A DNA stretch of 64,000 bases from Limnochordia bacterium (GTDB taxonomy: Bacteria; Bacillota; Limnochordia; Darwinibacteriales; Darwinibacteriaceae), in the NCBI GenBank assembly GCA_050952265.1, contig JBMNKP010000005.1, positions 130,974-194,973 of the forward strand, written 5' to 3'. Both the position numbers and the translations under genes were made by a program. Below the pieces are notes generated by a model. That model had not been told where the DNA came from, made no database searches, and saw only the letters and a list, made by a program, of their open reading frames with translations. Below, piece after piece: positions 55,474 through 64,000 of the stretch. Within the stretch, counting starts at the first letter, position 1. Every line of letters begins with the position of its first letter.

Positions 55474-55659
55474 CGGGATCCCAAGGAGCAGCGCAAGGAG
55501 GGCCACTTCCGCCCACACCAACTGCGCCGGGACTTGACTGCGGAAAGGAAATCCCCCGAGGGCAAAGCTGGCGAGGACCACTGCCAAGCTCGCAAAAAGC
55601 ACCAGGACGGCACTGCCAGTCACTTTCCAACCGGGTTTCCCGCCGAGTTTAGTTCGCAT
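55462..55659 (-). CDS. small two-TM membrane protein
   Basis: 65 aa. SD agaggagg lies 7 nt before the ATG, immediately downstream of the 525-aa gene. Confidence 0.4.
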   Translation of the reverse strand: MRTKLGGKPGWKVTGSAVLVLFASLAVVLASFALGGFPFRSQVPAQLVWAEVALLALLLGIPLFR

Positions 55660-55672
55660 GGCAAAGCCTCCT

Positions 55673-57250
55673 CTAGACCAAGATGTTCTGGGGGATGAGT
55701 GCCGTGAACTGGAACAGGAGCATCCAGATAACTAGCGCGGCCATGGTGAAAAGCAGACCACGCTGCTGGACTCTCCGCAGCAGGAGCCAGGTACCCAATG
55801 TGGCAGCAGCCGCGCAGAGGGCGTGATGCCCCACCCCAAAAGACTGCGGATGCACGGCGGGTACGGGCAGCCTCCGGATAACCAACACCAGAGCGGCCAG
55901 AAGGGCAACCTGGTAAAAAAGGGGCTGGCGGCGGTAACGCTCGATCTTCTGGATCAGGCTGTACACAGCCGCTGCCAGCACGAGTACCCCCAAGTTTGCC
56001 GCTGTATACACCGCAGCCAGCATCAGGGTGCTGACGAGCAGAAAACCCAGGTGATACAAGGGGGCTTCCTCGTCGATCCCCATCCTGCGCCACAGCGAGA
56101 TCGCTTTGGGAAACTCGTTGTTGATCCCGAAAACCTGATAACCCCCGTCCGCATCGGCGTGCAGCCAGAAAATGTAGCGGTGGTCTCCGTCGGCATAGGC
56201 CTCAGGGCGAAAGGCTCCCCGGCGTCCCACAGTGAGGTTGACCGCTTCTCCGTCTCTGGGCAGAAAATGGATTTCGGCGCCGAAGGCCCCAACACTCTGC
56301 CAGACCAGTTCTGGAACGGCCACCCCCTGGACGAAGCGGGGTCTGCTGCCCGGGGCAACGACCTCGGGCGCTGTTGGGATGCCATCGGCGGGGATCACGG
56401 CACGGAAAACGCTCAGCCTGCTCCCGCCCCGGGGCAGGGCGGCCCAAGCTAGGTGCACCTCACCGGCAAAAGCAGCCATGGCGATCAAGCCCCCCTGCTG
56501 GATATCCTGTACGGCCCCATCACCCACTTTGACGGGGGCAGCCCAACCGTCTTCGGCGCGCCGGCTGTACCTTATTTCCACTCCCGCTGGCCCCGTTTCC
56601 ATCCAAGCCAGGTGTACCGTCCCCTGCTCATCCACGGCGAGGCTGGGGCGGACTGACATCCCATCGGTCTCGGTGATCTGCTCAACTGCGGAAACCTTTC
56701 CGCCCGAAACTTGGACGTAGTGAATCTGGTAAGCCCCAGCCCTCTGAGACCAGGCGAGATGGGTTGTGTCTCCATCCTGGAAACCCGCAAGGTCTTGGAC
56801 AATGTCCTGGGCAGTCAATACCGTCATCTGCTCGTGTCCCGAGTAAGGGACGCCAAAGGTGGTATAGTAGATGCTGTACCCAGCCGGCGACTCCTCCAGC
56901 CAGGCAGCGTGACGCCCGCCTTCCCCATCCAGGCCGAGGAAGATGCTGTCCAGCTGAGCACGGGAGCGCAGCACCACTTCTTCCACAAAGACACCGTCCC
57001 GAAGCAGGCGGTACGTGAGGTCAAGTTCTTTGAAATAGCGGCCGTCGGCGCTCAGGAAGCTTGTCCCTTCCCGATCATGCACAGCAAAAAACCGATCAGT
57101 GAATATACTGGTTGGGAAGAGGCGGGTTACCTCCGACCATCCTTCAGGCCAGATCTCGATGTAATCCCTGGCTTCGGCCCCGGCAGGGAGCAAAAGGGGA
57201 AAAAGCAAAAAGAAGAGCAAAAGAAAACAGGCAGCTCGCTTTGTCGCCAA
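55673..57250 (-). CDS. hypothetical exported repeat protein (HLAW-type beta-propeller-like blades) with a C-terminal multi-TM anchor
   Basis: TTG start at 57250 after SD agaaaggtg, giving the signal peptide MATKRAACFLLLFFLLFPLLLPAGAEA. There are at least five W-containing blade-like repeats, then 4-5 TM helices. Confidence 0.55.
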   Translation of the reverse strand: MATKRAACFLLLFFLLFPLLLPAGAEARDYIEIWPEGWSEVTRLFPTSIFTDRFFAVHDREGTSFLSADGRYFKELDLTYRLLRDGVFVEEVVLRSRAQLDSIFLGLDGEGGRHAAWLEESPAGYSIYYTTFGVPYSGHEQMTVLTAQDIVQDLAGFQDGDTTHLAWSQRAGAYQIHYVQVSGGKVSAVEQITETDGMSVRPSLAVDEQGTVHLAWMETGPAGVEIRYSRRAEDGWAAPVKVGDGAVQDIQQGGLIAMAAFAGEVHLAWAALPRGGSRLSVFRAVIPADGIPTAPEVVAPGSRPRFVQGVAVPELVWQSVGAFGAEIHFLPRDGEAVNLTVGRRGAFRPEAYADGDHRYIFWLHADADGGYQVFGINNEFPKAISLWRRMGIDEEAPLYHLGFLLVSTLMLAAVYTAANLGVLVLAAAVYSLIQKIERYRRQPLFYQVALLAALVLVIRRLPVPAVHPQSFGVGHHALCAAAATLGTWLLLRRVQQRGLLFTMAALVIWMLLFQFTALIPQNILV

Positions 57251-57358
57251 CCTGATCACACCTTTCTGCGGTGGCAATACTTCGCCTGCAGCCGAGCATT
57301 TTCCTTCATTACCCCCCTTGATCTCCGGGCGCCTTTTGCCTATAATTGAAAGCGAAAA

Positions 57359-57433
57359 GCGGATGTAGCTCAATGGTAGAGCATCGGCTTCCCAAGCCGA
57401 GGGCTGCGAGTTCGATCCTCGTCATCCGCTCCA
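57359..57433 (+). tRNA. tRNA-Gly (CCC)
   Basis: GCGGATGTAGCTCAATGGTAGAGCA... with anticodon loop TTCCCAA. Confidence 0.85.
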
Positions 57434-57440
57434 TTTTTTT

Positions 57441-57516
57441 GCTGGCGTAGCTCAGCCGGTAGAGCAATTGATTCGTAATCAATAGGTCGGGGGTTCGAGT
57501 CCCCCCGCCAGCTCCA
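57441..57516 (+). tRNA. tRNA-Thr (CGT)
   Basis: GCTGGCGTAGCTCAGCCGGTAGAGCA... with anticodon loop TTCGTAA. Confidence 0.85.
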
Positions 57517-57569
57517 TTTTCACACAGCCGAACTGCTATACTCGCGTGAGTGGGTGTAGCCTTTTTTGT

Positions 57570-57614
57570 GCAGAAAAAAAGGTGCAGGCTGAAAGTCCAG
57601 ACTGCACCTTTTTC
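57570..57614. terminator. bidirectional terminator
   Basis: AAAAAAAGGTGCAGgctgaaagtccagaCTGCACCTTTTT. Confidence 0.8.
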
Positions 57615-57637
57615 ATTGTCTCATAACCCCCGCACTT

Positions 57638-58438
57638 CTACCCTGTCTGCATCTGCCCCTGATTGTTCATATCTTCACCGCTGGCCTGCCCCAGGGCTTC
57701 CTTGGCCACTTCCTTGAAACGCTCCCAAGTCTGGGTGGCACCGGTGATGACCTCAACCTTCTCAGGGTCTTGAGTCTCTAGGAGCTGCTCTTCGTAGCGA
57801 TCCTCCGATTCAGGCCCCTGGGGATAGGGATAGTTGTCCCCCTTGGGGTTCCCTTCCCGGTCCTTCTCGTCATAACGAACTTCCGTGATCCGCCCGTCGG
57901 AGATCACCAGTTCAATCTCACCATAGTACCCGTAATCATCGAACTCGGTGCGGGCAGTGTAAGTGCCGTCACGCCAGCCGGCACCCATCTGACCCGGTTC
58001 CTGTACTGGTGGCGGCGGCTCGATGGCTGGGGGCCTGCTTTGATCTCCTTCTTCCGCCTTCTGAAGTGCCTTCTTAGCGGCATCTACAAAACGGTCCCGG
58101 GTCTGTGTCGCTCCGCTTATGGCCTCCACTTCCTCAGGATCTTGTGAAGAGATCAACCTCTGCTCGTAATCATCGTGGGATCCGGGCCCCGCCGGATACG
58201 GGTAGTCGGGTCCTTTACGGTTTCCCTGTTGGTTCAGTTCCTCGTAGTTGACGCTCGTTATTTTACCGTCTTTGATCTGAATCTCGATTTCGCCAAACCA
58301 GCCCCGTTCATCTGGTTCCGAACGGGCCACATAGGTACCATCTTTCCAATCAGCACCGGCTTGACGCTGGGCGTTTATGTAGATGGCTACACCGAGAATG
58401 ACCAAGAGCACAATGACTAAGCCAAGTGTCCGATTCAC
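57638..58438 (-). CDS. membrane-anchored protein with two tandem FMN-binding (FMN_bind) domains
   Basis: 266 aa with an N-terminal TM helix, then two repeats each carrying DGTY...GEIE...DG.IT.V and flavinylation motifs ISGATQT and ITGATQT. GTG start with SD gaaggaggg. Confidence 0.75.
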   Translation of the reverse strand: MNRTLGLVIVLLVILGVAIYINAQRQAGADWKDGTYVARSEPDERGWFGEIEIQIKDGKITSVNYEELNQQGNRKGPDYPYPAGPGSHDDYEQRLISSQDPEEVEAISGATQTRDRFVDAAKKALQKAEEGDQSRPPAIEPPPPVQEPGQMGAGWRDGTYTARTEFDDYGYYGEIELVISDGRITEVRYDEKDREGNPKGDNYPYPQGPESEDRYEEQLLETQDPEKVEVITGATQTWERFKEVAKEALGQASGEDMNNQGQMQTG

Positions 58439-58490
58439 GCTTGGTCCCTCCTTCGTCCATAATATGAGTGAAAAGGAGGGTTCTTATACC

Positions 58491-58517
58491 AAAAGAGTTC
58501 AGCCGAGGCTGAACTCT
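58491..58517 (-). terminator. terminator after tRNA-Glu
   Basis: Minus strand: GAGTTCAGCCtcgGCTGAACTC followed by TTTT. Confidence 0.75.
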
Positions 58518-58531
58518 AATTGTTAGCGATT

Positions 58532-58607
58532 TGGTACCCCCAACCGGATTTGAACCGGTGTCTTCGCCGTGAGAGGGCGATGTCCTGGGCCGCTAGACGA
58601 TGGGGGC
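58532..58607 (-). tRNA. tRNA-Glu (CTC)
   Basis: GCCCCCATCGTCTAGCGG... with anticodon loop CTCTCAC. Confidence 0.85.
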
Positions 58608-58614
58608 AAATTGC

Positions 58615-58692
58615 TGGTGAGCCATCCGCGATTCGAACGCGGGACACCCGGATTAAAAGTCCGGTGCTCTACCTGCTGAGCTAATGGCTCAC
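58615..58692 (-). tRNA. tRNA-Lys (TTT)
   Basis: GTGAGCCATTAGCTCAGCAGGTAGAGCA... with anticodon loop CTTTTAA. Confidence 0.85.
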
Positions 58693-58753
58693 AGGTCACA
58701 GTGCATATATTAGCGCAACCTGGCTTGTTTGTCAAGCGTTCGCCGCGAACTTC

Positions 58754-60819
<2,066 letters not shown>

Positions 60820-60820
60820 C

Positions 60821-62767
60821 CTACTTCACCTTGCTCCCAGCGGGTATGGCTGCGGATACGCTCACGATCTCCAGATGCCCATCGGGTGCCGTGGCCGCCA
60901 GGAGCATACCCTGAGACAGCTCACCCCGGAGTTTGGCGGGCTTGAGGTTCTTCACCACAATGATCCGCCTGCCTACCAGTTCTTCGGGTTTGTAGTGCAG
61001 GGCGATCCCGGCAACGATCTGCCGCTTTTCGCTGCCCACATCTACCTGCAGCTTCAGGAGCTTGTCAGCACCCTGGATCCGCTCCGCTGCCAGTACCTCG
61101 GCCACTACCAGTTCACACTTCATGAAGTCTTCAATCCCGATCAGCACGCCTTCCGGGGCTGCGGGCGCAGCCTTTTCGATCTTGGGCTGCTCTGGCTTTT
61201 CCTGTTTCTCCTGCACCGGTTCTGGCGCCTCCTTTTCCACCTCAATGCGGGGGAAGATGGGATCTCCCTTGCGCGTCTGCGTGCCGGGCTGCAGCAGCCC
61301 CCAGGCTGCATCGGCTAAAGTGCAGCTTTCCAAGCCTTCCAGCCCAAGCTGAGCCCAGATCTTGGCCCCTGTCTCAGGTATGAAGGACTTGACCAGGAGC
61401 GCCACGACGCGCAGGGTCTCCACGAGGTTGTACATGACGGTGCCCAGCTCACCCTTGTCCTCCAGTTTGGCCAGGTTCCAGGGAGCACGCTCATCCACGT
61501 ACTTGTTTGCTCTGCCCACCAACCTCCAGATGCTGGCCAGGGCTTCGTTGATCTTGAGTTCTTTGATCAGGCCGTCGACCTTCTCCGCCAATCCGCTCGC
61601 ATAGGAGATCAAATCTTGGTCGATCTCCTTGAGCTCACCGGCCGGCTGGGGCACTACTCCAGCGCAGTAGCGGTTGAGCATGGACAGGGTGCGGTTGAGC
61701 AGGTTGCCCAGGTCGTTGGCCAGATCGGCATTGGTCCTTTCGATCAGGGCCCGACGGGAGAAGTTGCCGTCTTGACCGAAGGAGATCTCCCTCAGGAGGA
61801 AGTAGCGGATCGGATCCACGCCAAACTCGGCCATGAGCGCGATGGGGTCTACCACGTTGCCCTTGGACTTGGACATCTTATCGCTGTCAAAAAGCAGCCA
61901 GCCGTGGCCGAACACGGTCTTCGGCAGAGGCAGATCAAGTGCCATCAGCATGATGGGCCAGACAATGGTATGGAAGCGCATGATCTCTTTGCCCACCAGG
62001 TGCAGGTCCGCCGGCCAGAACCTATCGAGCAGTTCGGTCTGTTCAGGGTAACCCAAGGCGGTGAGGTAGTTCGTCAGAGCGTCGAACCAAACATAGACCA
62101 CATGGCGCTCATCAGAGGGAACCGGTATCCCCCAGTCAAAGGTGGTGCGGGAGATGCAGAGATCCTCCAGGCCGCTCTTGATGAAGTTCACCATCTCGTT
62201 CCGCCTGGTCTCGGGCTGGATGAACTCGGGATGCTCCTCAATGTGCTTGAGCAGGCGGTCGGCATACTTGGACAGGCGGAAGAAGTAGCTTTCCTCCTTA
62301 ACCCATTCCACCGGGCGGTGACAGTCCGGGCACTTCCCATCTTCCAGGCGGCTCTCCAGCCAGAAGGTTTCGCAGGGCGTGCAGTACCAGCCTTCATAGG
62401 CGCTCTTGTAGATATCGCCTTTTTCATAGATCTTCTGGAAGACGGCTTGAACGGCCTTGGTGTGCCGATCGTCGGTGGTGCGTACAAAATCATCGTAGGT
62501 GATGTTCAGCTTCTCCCACAGATCCTTGAAGGAGGCCACGATCACGTCCACATACTCCTTGGGCGTGACCCCCTTGGCCGCAGCGGCCCTCTGAATCTTC
62601 TGCCCGTGCTCATCAGAACCGGTGACGAAGTACACTTCCCTTCCGGCAAAACGATGCCACCGGGCCAATGAGTCGGCCACTGTAGTCGTGTAAGCATGGC
62701 CGATGTGCAGGTTATCGCTGGGATAGTAAATTGGAGTTGTTACGTAAAAACGTTCTTTGGCGCTCAC
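60821..62767 (-). CDS. metG: methionyl-tRNA synthetase (with C-terminal tRNA-binding domain)
   Basis: GTG start at 62767 after SD gaggaggatgg (MSAKERFYVTTPIYYPSDNLHIGHAYTT), KMSKS, and a C-terminal EMAP/Trbp111-like domain. The tool ORF is longer. Confidence 0.95.
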   Translation of the reverse strand: MSAKERFYVTTPIYYPSDNLHIGHAYTTTVADSLARWHRFAGREVYFVTGSDEHGQKIQRAAAAKGVTPKEYVDVIVASFKDLWEKLNITYDDFVRTTDDRHTKAVQAVFQKIYEKGDIYKSAYEGWYCTPCETFWLESRLEDGKCPDCHRPVEWVKEESYFFRLSKYADRLLKHIEEHPEFIQPETRRNEMVNFIKSGLEDLCISRTTFDWGIPVPSDERHVVYVWFDALTNYLTALGYPEQTELLDRFWPADLHLVGKEIMRFHTIVWPIMLMALDLPLPKTVFGHGWLLFDSDKMSKSKGNVVDPIALMAEFGVDPIRYFLLREISFGQDGNFSRRALIERTNADLANDLGNLLNRTLSMLNRYCAGVVPQPAGELKEIDQDLISYASGLAEKVDGLIKELKINEALASIWRLVGRANKYVDERAPWNLAKLEDKGELGTVMYNLVETLRVVALLVKSFIPETGAKIWAQLGLEGLESCTLADAAWGLLQPGTQTRKGDPIFPRIEVEKEAPEPVQEKQEKPEQPKIEKAAPAAPEGVLIGIEDFMKCELVVAEVLAAERIQGADKLLKLQVDVGSEKRQIVAGIALHYKPEELVGRRIIVVKNLKPAKLRGELSQGMLLAATAPDGHLEIVSVSAAIPAGSKVK

Positions 62768-62789
62768 GGTTCCATCCTCCTCGTCTGGC

Positions 62790-63054
62790 AATGAAAAAAG
62801 CCCTCGATCCCCTCGGGACGAGAGCTCCTGCTCACGTGGTACCACCCAAATTCACCATCTGGCGCGCTCAAACGGCGCCAACGGCCTCGTAGCGGTGCGA
62901 TATCGGGCCCCTCCGGTGAACCTACTGCTAGTTCAGCCCACTGCTCCTGGATCATCTTCAGCCTAGGTCTTCTCATCAGGTTCGCAGCACCCCTGACTCT
63001 CTGGGGAGACTTCCTAGACCTACTCTTCCATTCATCGCCTTGACCTATACAGCT
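62790..63054 (-). ncRNA. T-box riboswitch leader (Met specifier) of metG
   Basis: Minus strand carries the T-box motif AATTTGGGTGGTACCACG, a terminator hairpin GCTCTCGTCCC-GA-GGGGATCGAGGGC plus TTTTTT, AGAGA in stem I, and the specifier context CCUGAUGAG (AUG). Confidence 0.65.
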
Positions 63055-63060
63055 ATTGAA

Positions 63061-63089
63061 ATCTTAGCCTTTATCCCATGCTTTGTCAA
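63061..63089 (-). promoter_or_regulatory. promoter of the metG T-box leader (TTGACA-17-TAAGAT)
   Basis: Minus strand: TTGACAaagcatgggataaaggcTAAGAT. Confidence 0.5.
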
Positions 63090-63150
63090 GAGTAGAAGGC
63101 TTTGACGTCAAGCATACTATGGGCAAAGCAAGGCAGAAAGGCGGTAAGCC

Positions 63151-64000
63151 TTGAAGAAGAAGACCGCGCTCCAGTTCGCTGTACTGTGTGGAGTTCCCTT
63201 TGTCATGGTGTTGGGGAACTCCATGTTGATCCCGGTGTTTCCCCAGATGAAAAAGGCCATGGAACTCACCCAGTTCCAGGTGGGCCTAATCGTTACCTTC
63301 TTCTCCATCCCGGCGGGCCTGCTCATCCCCTTGGCGGGATTTCTCTCGGACCGCTTCGGGCGCAAGCCGATCATGGTCCCGGCTCTGTTTGTGTACGGCT
63401 TGGGAGGGTTGATCTGCGGCTTTGCTGCCTTGACACTGCGCAAGCCTTACTACCTGCTCCTCTTCGGACGGGCCGTACAGGGTGCCGGCGCCGGCGGCAC
63501 CTACCAGCTGGCCATGGCCCTCACCGGTGACACCTTTCAGAGCAGCGAGCGGACCAAGGCCCTTGGGCTCTTGGAGGCAGCCAACGGCTTGGGAAAGGTG
63601 CTGAGCCCGATTCTGGGCTCCCTCATCGCCCTGCTCTCCTGGTATGCTCCCTTCTTTGCCTACGGCCTCCTGGCCTTCCCCATCGCCATCGGCGTGTGGC
63701 TGCTCGTTCCAGAAAAGAAGCAGAACCTTTCCAAAGACAGCCTCGCCCAGTACTGGTGCAAGGTTAAGGAGGTGTTTCGCGAACAGGCAACCCATCTCAT
63801 CGCCTGCTACTTGGTGGGCATGGTCGCGCTCTTCCTGCTCTTTGGAGTCTTGAGCTACGTTTCCGATGTACTCGAGTCCACCTACCACCTGTTCGGTCTG
63901 GTCAAGGGGTTTGTCCTTGCTGTGCCCGTTTTTTCCATGGCACTTACTTCATATCTCAGCGGCTTGTACCTCGCACAGAAACGCTCCCTCTGGAAGCCGA
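63151..64000 (+). CDS. MFS transporter (drug:H+ antiporter-like), 3'-truncated by window end
   Basis: TTG start after SD gaaagg. MKKKTALQFAVLCGVPFVMVLGN...GFLSDRFGRKP (MFS motif A). The ORF is open to the window end and is not in the tool list. Confidence 0.7.
   Translation, partial: MKKKTALQFAVLCGVPFVMVLGNSMLIPVFPQMKKAMELTQFQVGLIVTFFSIPAGLLIPLAGFLSDRFGRKPIMVPALFVYGLGGLICGFAALTLRKPYYLLLFGRAVQGAGAGGTYQLAMALTGDTFQSSERTKALGLLEAANGLGKVLSPILGSLIALLSWYAPFFAYGLLAFPIAIGVWLLVPEKKQNLSKDSLAQYWCKVKEVFREQATHLIACYLVGMVALFLLFGVLSYVSDVLESTYHLFGLVKGFVLAVPVFSMALTSYLSGLYLAQKRSLWKP

Noticed and set aside
63101-63110. Perfect palindrome TTTGACGTCAA in the metG/MFS divergent region as a regulator site.
   Set aside because: It is a single 10-bp palindrome coinciding with candidate -35 hexamers on both strands. 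It cannot be distinguished from chance without comparative data.

Overview
High-GC (about 58-60%) chromosomal segment from an endospore-forming Firmicute (sleB-like, ytvI, spoIIP and DarA genes are present). Most of it is core genome. One complete rRNA operon (16S-23S-5S-tRNA-Asn) sits on the minus strand, with no tRNAs in the 16S-23S spacer, and six further tRNAs are present. Housekeeping genes include guaB, ackA, lysS, greA, dusB, rpmE, rho, fba, pyrG, argS, fhs, lpd, rex, rlmH, htrA, folD, ahpC, purA, tatD and metG. Small accessory islands also occur: a MoxR/DUF4129/DUF58 triad in which the MoxR gene carries a +1 frameshift, a copA-copZ-csoR copper module, a B12-riboswitch-controlled ABC importer, a Met T-box leader upstream of metG, and a tandem FMN-binding exported protein. 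The most notable hidden feature is an apparently unannotated selenoprotein gene at 8451-8747 on the minus strand. It has an ATG with a perfect Shine-Dalgarno, an in-frame UGA inside a C-G-G-U motif, a SECIS-like hairpin 11 nt downstream of the UGA, and a thioredoxin-fold (Rdx/glutaredoxin-like) C-terminus. It lies immediately downstream of a 457-aa repeat plus coiled-coil protein of unknown function. A second candidate is a 48-aa Trp/Tyr-rich small ORF with a strong Shine-Dalgarno just upstream of a CPBP/Abi membrane protease, an arrangement typical of peptide/immunity pairs. Coordinates of RNA, promoter and hairpin features were read by eye and are accurate to about +/-5 nt.
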